From Actinomycetota bacterium (GTDB lineage Bacteria; Actinomycetota; Actinomycetes; S36-B12; UBA10799), in assembly GCA_030837445.1 (NCBI GenBank), contig JAUPKM010000286.1, positions 1 through 36,311 on the forward strand: a stretch of DNA of 36,311 bases, read 5' to 3'. Positions within the stretch are counted from its first letter, which is position 1. Every line of letters begins with the position of its first letter. Positions 1-8,482 of this stretch are shown here, in pieces. The translations under genes and the position numbers were made by a program. The notes under the pieces were generated by a model, which was given only the letters and a program-made list of their open reading frames with translations, was not told the DNA's origin and did not search any database.

Positions 1-1080
1 AGGGACCGCCGAGGTCAGGTGCGAGGCGACGACCGGCGCGAGCTTGGCGGCGATGGCGCGGTGACCGGCGTCGCTCGGGTGCACCGAGTCGTTGAGCAGG
101 GACCGGTCCACCCACCCTGTCGTGTCGACGTAGAAGACGTTGCGGTCGCCGTCGTCCGCAAGCACCTTCACGGCGGCCTGGGTCTGCGCGGCATAGCGTC
201 CGGCAAAGGTCCGAAGGGCGAGGATCGCCGCGCGGGGGTACTTCGCCCGCACGGTCTTCAGCAGAGTGACGTAACCGGTCTGGAAGTCCGCGGTGCCGAC
301 CCCGTGGCTGGTGTCGTTCGTGCCGAGATTGATCACGACCTCGTCGGCCTGGTAGCGGGAGAAGTCCCACTCCGCGGCGCCGTCCGTCGCGTTCGCCCTG
401 GTGAAACGCTTCTCCAGACCGACGCACGCGGTGCCCCGGGTGCTCTGAGCGGCGGTCAGTTCCCTCAGGCAGGCTCCGCCCTGGGCGATCCTGGTGTGCC
501 GGACGCCGAGCTGGTCGCCGACGAGCCAGCTGTACGACGTCAGGGCGACCTGGCTCGACGTCTGCCCCACCGTGATCGAGTCCCCGACGAACTCGACAAC
601 GCGCGGCGGAACGCGCACGGGCAGGGTGCGTGCCCCGGCGTCCAGGACGAGGCCTTGGAAGACGGCGTCCCCGGTGTACGACCCGGCGACCGTCCGGTAC
701 GACACCCGCAACGTGTGCTCGCCCGCCGCCAACGGTGACGGTGTGAGGTTCACCGTCCCGCTGACGTTCGTGAGCTGCCGGAAGGGGGCGCCGTCGATGC
801 TGTAGTAGAGGTCGATCGCCCGGCGTTGTCTCAGTTTCACCGTGGTCCCCGTGAAACCGGTCGTCAGGTAGACACCGGCCCAGCCCGGCGTGGAGGCACT
901 CGGGACGGAGGTGCTCCATCGGCCGGTGAGGATGATGTTCGGGTCGGCCGGGGTGCCGTCGCCCGTCCCGGCCCAGGACGGCGGCGCCAGAGTGAGGCCC
1001 CCGACCGCCGTGGCGGCAGCGGCGAGGACGGCCGCGACGACGGTGGTCAGGGAACGGGAGGTCCGTCGGGCAGATCTCAT
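1..1080 (-). CDS. Secreted SGNH/GDSL-family esterase (N-terminal beta-sandwich-like region + SGNH catalytic domain); C-terminal end runs off the left window edge
   Basis: Absent from the ORF track because there is no stop in the window. Hand translation of the minus strand from ATG 1080..1078 gives MRSARRTSRSLTTVVAAVLAAAATAVGG (signal peptide). It then shows EFVGDSITVG (SGNH block I Ser), VVINLGTNDT (block III) and LNDSVHPSDAGH (block V Asp/His). Confidence 0.75.
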   Translation of the reverse strand, partial: MRSARRTSRSLTTVVAAVLAAAATAVGGLTLAPPSWAGTGDGTPADPNIILTGRWSTSVPSASTPGWAGVYLTTGFTGTTVKLRQRRAIDLYYSIDGAPFRQLTNVSGTVNLTPSPLAAGEHTLRVSYRTVAGSYTGDAVFQGLVLDAGARTLPVRVPPRVVEFVGDSITVGQTSSQVALTSYSWLVGDQLGVRHTRIAQGGACLRELTAAQSTRGTACVGLEKRFTRANATDGAAEWDFSRYQADEVVINLGTNDTSHGVGTADFQTGYVTLLKTVRAKYPRAAILALRTFAGRYAAQTQAAVKVLADDGDRNVFYVDTTGWVDRSLLNDSVHPSDAGHRAIAAKLAPVVASHLTSAVP

Positions 1081-1307
1081 CGGTCACCTCGTCGTCCCCG
1101 GACGGCGGGCGTGCCGTCCTCTCGCACCCAGCGTCACCACGCAGGCGGAACGGTGTCCAGCACGCGCCCATCCTCACCAGGACGCCGCAGGTCAGCCTCG
1201 TGGCAGCGTGAAAGCGCTTCCCCCGGCTTGGCAGAGGACGATCGGCCGAGACAACCCTGGCCGGTTCGACGACTCAGGCCGGGACGTCGAACGCCGAAGT
1301 ACCTGGG

Positions 1308-2615
1308 GTGAATCGTCGACACGTCCCTCGCGTCATCGCCCCGGCCATCACGATCCCGGCCATCACGGCGTTGTTGCTCATCCCCGCCGCTCCGACGTCC
1401 GCCGGCTCCGCCCCCGTTGTCATGCCCGCCCTCGTCGGGACGCCCGCCCCCGTCGGGACGCCGCCACTTGACGCCTTCGTCACCACGATGGTGAGCAGGC
1501 TCCGCGCGAGCACCGTGAGCAGCCGCTACCTCGGCCCGGCCCTGTCAGCCTTGGTGATCAATGCGGACGACGGGTCCGTGGTCTGGCAGCACAACGGCAC
1601 CCGGGCCCGGATGCCCGCCTCCGCCCAGAAGCTCCTCACCACCTACACCGTGCTGACCTTCCTGGACCCGACCACGACGCTCGTCACCACGATCTGCCGG
1701 AGCAAGCGCTCGCCGTCCACGGTCTACGTCCGCGGCGGCGGGGACCCGTCGCTGACGCAGGCCCGGGTCAAGACCCTCGCCGCGCAAACGGCGACCGCGC
1801 TGAAGCGGGCAGGCCGCACGCGGGTGTCCCTGCACCTCGACGGCTCACTGTTCCCCGCCCCGACCGCGGCCCCCGGGTGGACGCGCGGCTATCTGCGGTC
1901 CGACGTCCAGCCGGTGAGAGGCCTGACCCTCGCCGGCTACCGGGGTACGGACGGGCGGCTCGCCGTCGGCAAGGTCCTCGTCGCCGCCCTGAAGGCGCGC
2001 GGCGTCACGGCCACCGTCGCCGGGACCGCGCGCACCCCACGCCAGTGTGCCGTCCTCGCCACGACACGCTCCGCCCTCATGACCCGTCTGGTCACCGACA
2101 TGCTCGCTCACAGCGACAACGACTACGCCGAGTTCCTGCTGCGTCATGCCGCCCTCGCCGCGGGGCGGACGCCGTCCTGGCGTGGCGCCATCGACCACCA
2201 GGCCGGACTGCTCGCCGACGCCGGGGTCCCCGTGGCCGGGTTGAAGGTGTTCGACGGATCCGGACTGTCACGGGCGAACCGCATGCCGGTCGCCACGCTG
2301 GCATCGGTCCTGCGACTGCTCCGCCAGGATCCGTTCCTGTCCGGGACCGTCTTCGCCGGGCGGGCCCTGCCGCTCGCCGGGCGGACCGGAACCCTCACCG
2401 ACCGGTTCTCCGCCCCGGCCCACGCCTGCGCCCGTGGCCTCGTCCAGGCCAAGACCGGAACCCTCGCGGACGCCGTCGCGCTCGCCGGGGTCGCCCGGGG
2501 TTCCGACGGGCGCGACCGCGTCTTCGTGTTCCTGGACAACGGCCAGCGCCGGATCAGCTCCGTCCGCTCCGCCCTCGACACGCTGGCGACGACGGTGGTC
2601 GGCTGCGTCCCCTGA
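1308..2615 (+). CDS. dacB: D-alanyl-D-alanine carboxypeptidase/endopeptidase, PBP4 (peptidase S13) family
   Basis: 435-aa ORF with a GTG start and a signal-like, Pro/Ala-rich N-terminus. SAQK (SxxK), SDN (SxN) and KTGT (KTG) motifs occur in canonical order. Confidence 0.85.
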   Translation: MNRRHVPRVIAPAITIPAITALLLIPAAPTSAGSAPVVMPALVGTPAPVGTPPLDAFVTTMVSRLRASTVSSRYLGPALSALVINADDGSVVWQHNGTRARMPASAQKLLTTYTVLTFLDPTTTLVTTICRSKRSPSTVYVRGGGDPSLTQARVKTLAAQTATALKRAGRTRVSLHLDGSLFPAPTAAPGWTRGYLRSDVQPVRGLTLAGYRGTDGRLAVGKVLVAALKARGVTATVAGTARTPRQCAVLATTRSALMTRLVTDMLAHSDNDYAEFLLRHAALAAGRTPSWRGAIDHQAGLLADAGVPVAGLKVFDGSGLSRANRMPVATLASVLRLLRQDPFLSGTVFAGRALPLAGRTGTLTDRFSAPAHACARGLVQAKTGTLADAVALAGVARGSDGRDRVFVFLDNGQRRISSVRSALDTLATTVVGCVP

Positions 2616-2627
2616 TCACGAAATGGA

Positions 2628-3575
2628 ATGCCGTCTGGCGATCGAGGTGGAATAGTCGTGGGTATGGAGCACTTCGCCGAAGTCACCGATGACGTCCAGC
2701 TGTGGGTGGAGGACGTGGGCCGCCCCGACGGCTCACCGTTGCTGCTGGTGATGGGGGCGAACGCCTCCGGTCCCACCTGGCCCGATGACCTGGTCGCCAG
2801 GCTCGTCACTCGCCACCGCGTCGTGCGGTACGACCACCGGGACACCGGCCGTTCGACCTGGGCCTTCGACACCCGTCCCTACGCCGTCACCGACCTCGCG
2901 GACGACGCCGTCGCCGTCCTCGACGCTTTGGGGATCGACCGGGCCCACGTCGTCGGGATGTCGATGGGCGGCACGCTCACACAGTTGCTGCTGCTCGACC
3001 ACCCGGATCGGCTGCTGTCCGCGACGGTGTTCGCGACGGCGGCACTCGAAGGCGCGGTGCCGGACGGCGGGGGGCCCGACGGCGGGGGGCCCGACGGCGG
3101 GGCTCCGCCCCCGTTCTCGGACATCGACCCGCGGCTGCTCGACCTGTGGGAACACCTGTCCGATCCCCGGGACCGCGAGGCGGAGATCGCCTGGAGGGTT
3201 GAGCACTGGCGTCTCCTCAACGGGCGGTCCCTGCCGTTCGATGAGGACGAGTTCCGTCGGCTGGAGGAACGCCTGATCGAGCACGCCGGACGGCACGACA
3301 ACCCCGTGGCCCACGCCAGGGCCGACCAGAGCGGTCTCGCGCGAGGATCCGAGCTGGCCCGCGTCACCGTCCCGACGCTGGTCGTCGAGGCACCGGAGGA
3401 CCCGGTCAACCCTCCGCCCGCCGCCCGGCGGATCGCCGACGCGATCCCCTCAGCCCGCCTGGTGACGATCCCGGGGATGGGTCACGCGCTCGGCAGTCCC
3501 GTCATCCCCCCGCTCGCCGAGGCGATCCTCACCCACACCGCTCAGATCGACACCGCGCCGGTCGACGAGCCGTAG
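2628..3575 (+). CDS. Alpha/beta-fold hydrolase
   Basis: GMSMGG nucleophile elbow (GxSxG) and C-terminal PGMGH (catalytic His region), with typical length. The start may instead be ATG 2664 (MEHFAEV...). It contains a PDGGG x3 insert. Confidence 0.8.
   Translation: MPSGDRGGIVVGMEHFAEVTDDVQLWVEDVGRPDGSPLLLVMGANASGPTWPDDLVARLVTRHRVVRYDHRDTGRSTWAFDTRPYAVTDLADDAVAVLDALGIDRAHVVGMSMGGTLTQLLLLDHPDRLLSATVFATAALEGAVPDGGGPDGGGPDGGAPPPFSDIDPRLLDLWEHLSDPRDREAEIAWRVEHWRLLNGRSLPFDEDEFRRLEERLIEHAGRHDNPVAHARADQSGLARGSELARVTVPTLVVEAPEDPVNPPPAARRIADAIPSARLVTIPGMGHALGSPVIPPLAEAILTHTAQIDTAPVDEP
3060..3104 (+). repeat. 15-bp tandem repeat x3 inside the hydrolase gene (encodes PDGGG PDGGG PDGGA)
   Basis: ccggacggcgggggg / cccgacggcgggggg / cccgacggcggggct read directly. 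The position is anchored by codon arithmetic (Pro145 = 3060). Confidence 0.9.
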
Positions 3576-3581
3576 CGGAAC

Positions 3582-4532
3582 TCACGATCCGAGTCTGAGC
3601 TCCACGCGGCGGTTCCGGGCACGCCCGGCCGGGTAGTCGGCGCCCTTGTCGGTCTTCTCGGCGGCGACCGGCTTGGTCTCCCCGTACCCCTGGACATCGA
3701 ACGTCCAGCCAGCACCGAGGGCTGCGGCGAGAGCAGTGTGCACGGCGGCGGCCCGCTGCTTCGACAAGGCCAGGTTCGTCTGCGGGGTACCAACTCCGTC
3801 CGTATGCCCGGAGATCGTCAGCCGCCGCTTGGGCTGAGCCTTGAGAATCCGTGTCGCGACAGCGATGGTCTGACTCGCCTTCGGCGTCAACGCAGCCTTC
3901 CCAAACGCGAACAACACATCAGTATCAAGACTGATCTGATCAGTACCAACCGTCCTGGCTGCCGCTTCCTTAAACCGCGGCAACGGCGTAAACGACCGAA
4001 GAGCCAACACCTTCACCGACCCAGCGACCGGAGCACCATCACCCTCAACCCTGATACCAGGGATCGGGTGATAGTTGTCAAAAACGAGGTCAACCGTCGC
4101 ACCACCAGGATCATCAAGAATGGCTACGATGCTCACCGCCTCACCCGGATCGATGCCCAACACCGGGAGGTGTCCACTCTGACACTTATTCTCGACACAT
4201 TTCAGATTCCCAATACGGCGAGTGAGGGGATCCATGGCAGACACCCAGATCGCCCTACTGTCGACCTGATAACGATGGGAGGAAGTATTGAACCAAGCAA
4301 CGTCTTCAGACCCGCGACTGGAGAGAGTCAAGGTGACAGCCAAGCCATTCCCCGTGCGTAACACCCGATCGACATGGATCACCGCATTGCGAAATCCGAG
4401 GGCTCCATCCCGTAACGGATCCTGCGACTCCTGGGCCCGGGCTACGGGGCCCAGCCCTGTGAAATCAATCGCAATGAGGCCGACTCCAGCCAGCAAAGCT
4501 ATCAGAGCCCGATGCCGAATTCCGGCAATCAC
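3582..4532 (-). CDS. OmpA-family peptidoglycan-binding protein (last gene of the tad-linked minus-strand cluster)
   Basis: C-terminal OmpA_C-like motif ISGHTDGVGTPQTNLALSKQRAAAVHTAL ... ARNRRVELRL. N-terminal signal/TM MIAGIRHRALIALLAGVGLIAIDF. ATGA start/stop overlap with the upstream lipoprotein gene. Confidence 0.85.
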   Translation of the reverse strand: MIAGIRHRALIALLAGVGLIAIDFTGLGPVARAQESQDPLRDGALGFRNAVIHVDRVLRTGNGLAVTLTLSSRGSEDVAWFNTSSHRYQVDSRAIWVSAMDPLTRRIGNLKCVENKCQSGHLPVLGIDPGEAVSIVAILDDPGGATVDLVFDNYHPIPGIRVEGDGAPVAGSVKVLALRSFTPLPRFKEAAARTVGTDQISLDTDVLFAFGKAALTPKASQTIAVATRILKAQPKRRLTISGHTDGVGTPQTNLALSKQRAAAVHTALAAALGAGWTFDVQGYGETKPVAAEKTDKGADYPAGRARNRRVELRLGS

Positions 4533-5227
4533 GACTGCACCGGGATTCCAGTGAAGGGCGCAAAACCCTGCACCGTCACCGTGACCGTCGTGACCTCGGG
4601 TGGGGCCGTGACGTAGGCGTAAACAGCGATCGAAGAACCGCTTTTCACATTCCGATGAAGGCCTTGCGTGCAGGCGCAGTATCCCTTGTCATCTCTCAGA
4701 ACCTGGTACTGAGTCGCCGATCCCTTCACAGTAATGGTCACGGCCGAGAACTCCTCCGGGCTTTCCCACTTCCCGTCAGCGTGGGTGCGGATATCATACC
4801 CCTCCTCCTGAACATTCCCACCAACGTAGAACCCAACGTCCGAGGAGGTATTCGTCACCGTCGCCGTCACGACAACCGAATCCTTGCTTGTTCTGTGCAC
4901 GCCGTTGAGAGTGAGCGTCCATATGCCGCTTGCCGCGCTGCCCAGAGAGGGCAAGGCCTTGGCTGTCGCCGACGCTGCAGCGGGATAGGCCGTGGCAGTC
5001 TGCCCAGGTTCGGCTGCTCTACCGGAACTCCCCACAGTTCCGGAGGCGCCCGCCGCACCCTCACCGTCCGAAGCGCTCGCGGCGTCGGACGTCGGCCCGC
5101 TGGAGGGGACCGACGTCGCTCCCCCACTCTGACACCCCGAGAGACCAAGACCAGCGAAGAGCAATACCCCCACTGTCAACGCCCTGGCTCGCCGTCCCCG
5201 GCCGGTCCCGTAACTACCCATCGCCAT
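4529..5227 (-). CDS. Secreted lipoprotein, function unknown
   Basis: Lipobox ...ALTVGVLLFAGLGLSGC, a Ser/Ala/Gly-rich linker, then a beta-rich C-terminal domain. The track ORF extends to a TTG at 5287; ATG 5227 (MAMGSYG...) gives a normal-length signal peptide. Confidence 0.65.
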   Translation of the reverse strand: MAMGSYGTGRGRRARALTVGVLLFAGLGLSGCQSGGATSVPSSGPTSDAASASDGEGAAGASGTVGSSGRAAEPGQTATAYPAAASATAKALPSLGSAASGIWTLTLNGVHRTSKDSVVVTATVTNTSSDVGFYVGGNVQEEGYDIRTHADGKWESPEEFSAVTITVKGSATQYQVLRDDKGYCACTQGLHRNVKSGSSIAVYAYVTAPPEVTTVTVTVQGFAPFTGIPVQS

Positions 5228-5291
5228 TCCCTGCCGTCGCACCGATGTCCTCCGGATCTGCTCGCCACTCTTCGCTGAGCTCTGCAAAGCG

Positions 5292-5930
5292 TCACGTCAC
5301 CAGCCACACCTCCGTGCGCAGGTCAGGCAGCCCGGCCGCCGGGATCGGGAGAGGCCCAGCAACAGGGAGACCTTCGCCGGGCAGGAGGCAACCCGAACCG
5401 CTCCGCAGGCCGAAGCGCCCCCCGTCCAGGCACAGAGGGGAGGCAATTTCAACCCTGGCCACCGCATGGGCGTAGGTGGGCTGGTCGGTCTCTGCCGTCC
5501 TCGTTGTCGAGCGCGTCCGGACCTCGAACAGCAACCCGGTGTTCTGGGCAGTGAGGCGCGTCGCCTCGATGGTTCCGGAATTCCGGGCGGCGAACCGGTG
5601 GGCCGCGTCCGTCGATCCGGCGGACAGCATCCTCGGGTCGGTGGCGAGCAGCTCCCGCAGGGCCACCGACACGTCAGGAGCGAGCCGGACCAGGTCGTAG
5701 CGGGCCCGCAGCTCCCCCTGCCAGGCGTTCGCGGCGGCGAGGGCCGCGGCATCCGCTGCGGTCCGGGTCTGGGTACGGCTGCGGACGCCGTCCCCCAGAC
5801 CGACCATCAACGCCACGGTGAGCACGACCAACCCGATGACCAGCGGGATGAGCATCAAACCAGTCACCTGGCCTTCGTCATTCCCGCATCGGGCCGCTCG
5901 CCCAGCGACCTTCTCGCCGGAAGCAGACAT
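5292..5930 (-). CDS. TadE-like pseudopilin (Rv3654c-type, secretion-neighbourhood TadE-like protein)
   Basis: NDEGQVTGLMLIPLVIGLVVLTVALMVG hydrophobic N-terminus followed by TAADAAALAAANAW, typical of actinobacterial Rv3654c-family proteins. The start is chosen at ATG 5930; the track ORF to 6083 would overlap flp. Confidence 0.6.
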   Translation of the reverse strand: MSASGEKVAGRAARCGNDEGQVTGLMLIPLVIGLVVLTVALMVGLGDGVRSRTQTRTAADAAALAAANAWQGELRARYDLVRLAPDVSVALRELLATDPRMLSAGSTDAAHRFAARNSGTIEATRLTAQNTGLLFEVRTRSTTRTAETDQPTYAHAVARVEIASPLCLDGGRFGLRSGSGCLLPGEGLPVAGPLPIPAAGLPDLRTEVWLVT

Positions 5931-5931
5931 G

Positions 5932-5969
5932 CCGGTAACGGCTCGGGGCGAATCCCGAACCGCTACCGG
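5932..5969 (-). promoter_or_regulatory. 16-bp stem-loop between flp and the downstream TadE-like gene (putative attenuator, RNA stabiliser or RBS-occluding structure)
   Basis: ccggtaacggctcggg (5932-5947) and cccgaaccgctaccgg (5954-5969). The two DNA mismatches become G-U wobbles only in the minus-strand (sense) transcript. The 3' arm ends one nt before the ATG at 5930. There is no U-tract. Confidence 0.5.
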
Positions 5970-6024
5970 CATCATGGGCACCATCAGGAGAGCCTTCTCG
6001 TACGATGCTCTGTCGCCTGTACGA

Positions 6025-6273
6025 CTACTGCGCGCCGCCGATCTGCTTGATAGCATCCGAGATCTTCGTGATGAGAGCGTCACCGAGTGTGGTGTTCTTC
6101 TTCATGGCGGCAATGACGATCGCAACGAGGGCGACGACCACGAACATGATGCCCGCGTACTCGACCGAGGCCTGCCCACGGTCGTCCGCGCGGCGGAGCC
6201 TGTCGAAGCAGCCTGCGACGTACACACTGGCCAGGGTGTGCGCGGTGATGGCCGTGCGGGTGATGGCGTCCAT
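6025..6273 (-). CDS. flp: Flp-family type IVb/IVc prepilin
   Basis: 82 aa: a long leader, then DDRG|QASVEYAGIMFVVVALVAIVIAAM (G/xxxxEY processing motif + hydrophobic helix) and a short amphipathic tail. A GAGAGGA RBS lies upstream of the ATG. Confidence 0.85.
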   Translation of the reverse strand: MDAITRTAITAHTLASVYVAGCFDRLRRADDRGQASVEYAGIMFVVVALVAIVIAAMKKNTTLGDALITKISDAIKQIGGAQ

Positions 6274-6411
6274 TGTTCGATCCTCTCGATCATCAATCGG
6301 GTCTGGGCAGGTGATCGTCCGCGACTCCCCACCTCAGCGGCGGACGGTGTCTCACCGTGCGATGGCAAGAAAGCTACGAGGACTGCCTCCGGGCGCCCTA
6401 GGGCCGCGGGA

Positions 6412-6437
6412 CCCAACCCCGGCCCAACCCCGGCCCA
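6412..6437. repeat. 11-bp tandem repeat (cccaaccccgg x2 plus a partial copy) in the flp upstream region
   Basis: Read directly in the 225-bp intergenic region between the response-regulator stop (6499) and the flp start (6273). Confidence 0.6.
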
Positions 6438-6498
6438 GTACCACCGCCACAGGTCCGCCCCAGAACGCCGGGTCACGCCACCCCCAGTCGTCCCCATA

Positions 6499-7128
6499 TC
6501 AGGCGACCCCGTGCCAGGCGGCGACGGCCTCCGCGCGGGAGCGGAAGCCGAGTTTGACGTAGATACGGTTCAGGTGGTTCTTCACTGTCTTCTCGCTGAG
6601 GAAGAGCTCCCGGGCGATCTGGCCATTGCTCAGCCCCCGGGCCACCGAACGCATCACCTCGCGCTCGCGGTCGGTGAGCTGGGTGGTGAGATGGGCCGGT
6701 GGCCCGGCATCGGCTGGCGGCGCGCTGACGCTGCTGAGCAGGATCGCCGCGACGCCGGGCCCCACGAGCAGCCCTCCGTGCGCGCAGACCCGCAAGGCTG
6801 CGACCAGGTCGCTCTCCGTGAAGGTTCCGTGGACCAGGTAGCCCCTGGCCCCGCGTTGGAGGGCCTGACGGACCAGGTCCGGCTCATCAGAATGCGTGAG
6901 CATGACGACGGCGACAGTGCCATCCAGCTCCGCCAGCACGTCGAGCCCCGACTTGAACGGCATCCGGACGTCGAGGAAGAGAGCGTCCGGTTGATGCTCG
7001 CGGCACTGCTGGAGAGCCTCCACACCGTCCGCGGCGGTCAGCACCTCGCTGACACCGTCGAGGTCGGTCAGCATGACCATCATGCCCGCCCGGATCACCG
7101 GGTTGTCGTCCGCGATCAGGACCTTCAT
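6499..7128 (-). CDS. NarL/FixJ (LuxR-type HTH) response regulator
   Basis: MKVLIADDNPVIR...ALFLDVRMP receiver domain and C-terminal LTDREREVMRSVARGLSNGQIARELFLSEKTVKNHLNRIYVKLG. ATG 7128 is preceded by GAGAGGA; the upstream part of the track ORF overlaps the kinase. Confidence 0.9.
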   Translation of the reverse strand: MKVLIADDNPVIRAGMMVMLTDLDGVSEVLTAADGVEALQQCREHQPDALFLDVRMPFKSGLDVLAELDGTVAVVMLTHSDEPDLVRQALQRGARGYLVHGTFTESDLVAALRVCAHGGLLVGPGVAAILLSSVSAPPADAGPPAHLTTQLTDREREVMRSVARGLSNGQIARELFLSEKTVKNHLNRIYVKLGFRSRAEAVAAWHGVA

Positions 7129-7138
7129 CGTCGTCCTC

Positions 7139-8482
7139 TCATCCCCGGCACACTCCCTGTGGTCTGGTCCGTCCTCGTCCCGGGCGCCGTGCCCGAAGCG
7201 CCACCACCGAGGCCCTCTCGGGGAACCCGTCCGAGAGCCCGTCATCGACGTGCAGCGGGACCACGCCGGTCGCGGCTCCGTCGACCTCAGCGGGGTCGGC
7301 GTCCGGTGATGCCGCCATCGGCACCCGGAGCGAGACGGTCGTTCCGCCACCGGGCCCGCCGCTCACCTCCAGACGGCCTTTGACCCTCGCCAGGCGCTCG
7401 TTCACCCCGACCAGCCCGAAGTGCCCCGCCCGGTACAGGGCGTGAAGGTCGGGCTCGGGCATCCCGCAGCCGTCGTCGACGACGGTGAGGGCCAGGGTGT
7501 CGTCCTCCTGTGACAGGGTGACCGTCACCCGGTGGGCCCCGGCGTGCCGGGCGATGTTCTCCAGCAGTTCCGCGACGGACTTCGCCAGCTCCTCGCGGAC
7601 CGCCAGGGACAGGTCCGGCTCCGTAGGAGGCAGGACCAACTCGGCCTCGACGCCATGAGCGGCCGACCATGCGGACACCGCCTGGTCCAGATGCTCGTAC
7701 AGCGATCCGATCGGGGTCTCCCGCAGATCGTGGATGATCCTGCGGGCCTCGGCCAGCCCGTGCTGGACCGAGGCGGCGAGCAGCTCGGCCTGTCCGCTCA
7801 ACGGGTGGTGCTCGCTCTCCAGCCGGGTCGCCAGGTTCCCGGCGATCAACCTCACCCCGTGCAGGGACTTGGCGAGCGAGTCGTGCATCTCGCGAGCCAG
7901 CCGGGCGCGTTCGGCCTCCTGGAGCCGCTGCCGTTCCAGCGCCACGTACGCCCTGCTCAGTTGCTCCCTCTGGATGATCACCTCGCGCAACCGGAGGCTG
8001 CCGAAGGCGGCGACGCCGAGCAACCCGACCCTGACCACCACGACCAGCAAACCGGCCGACGGCCCGGCGTCCGCCGTCAGGCCGGCGACGGCGAGCAGGT
8101 GCACTCCCGCGAGAACCCCCGTGGGCAGCAGCGCCCCCACCAGGCCCCGTTCGAGGCCGCCCAGGGCGATGCCTGTCGCGATGAAGACGAGGACGAGGCT
8201 GTCAGACCCGATGGTGGCGAGCACCGCGACGGCGGTGACGACGTCCAGGGCTACCTGCACCCATCCCCAGGCACCGTCGATCCGCCGGCCACGCCGGACC
8301 AGCCTGATCAGAGACGGCGTCAGCGCGAGGGTCAGGGTGATCATGTCCACAAGATGGGGTCCGGTGAACACCTGGATCGTCGAGGCGGTCGCGAGCACGG
8401 CCAGCTGGATGTCGGTGAGCATGCCGACGATCGCCGCGAGCGCGCGGTCAGCGGTGTCCGGGGCGGGGGCGGGCTCAGCCAA
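7139..8482 (-). CDS. Sensor histidine kinase (HisKA_3 / NarX-DesK type)
   Basis: Multi-TM N-terminus, H-box REMHDSLAKSLHGV, and an HATPase region ...ELLENIARHAG...DDGCGM...GHFGLVGVNERL. The start is TTG 8482 (8-nt overlap with tadC) or ATG 8422. Confidence 0.85.
   Translation of the reverse strand: MAEPAPAPDTADRALAAIVGMLTDIQLAVLATASTIQVFTGPHLVDMITLTLALTPSLIRLVRRGRRIDGAWGWVQVALDVVTAVAVLATIGSDSLVLVFIATGIALGGLERGLVGALLPTGVLAGVHLLAVAGLTADAGPSAGLLVVVVRVGLLGVAAFGSLRLREVIIQREQLSRAYVALERQRLQEAERARLAREMHDSLAKSLHGVRLIAGNLATRLESEHHPLSGQAELLAASVQHGLAEARRIIHDLRETPIGSLYEHLDQAVSAWSAAHGVEAELVLPPTEPDLSLAVREELAKSVAELLENIARHAGAHRVTVTLSQEDDTLALTVVDDGCGMPEPDLHALYRAGHFGLVGVNERLARVKGRLEVSGGPGGGTTVSLRVPMAASPDADPAEVDGAATGVVPLHVDDGLSDGFPERASVVALRARRPGRGRTRPQGVCRG

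Noticed and set aside
3060-3104. Short tandem repeats (PDGGG-coding 15-mers; the 11-mers at 6412-6437; the hexapeptide repeats at 10291-10428) as possible CRISPR or other repeat arrays
   Set aside because: The units are contiguous with no spacers, are only 11-18 bp long with 2-4 copies, and most lie within coding frames. They are not CRISPR-like.
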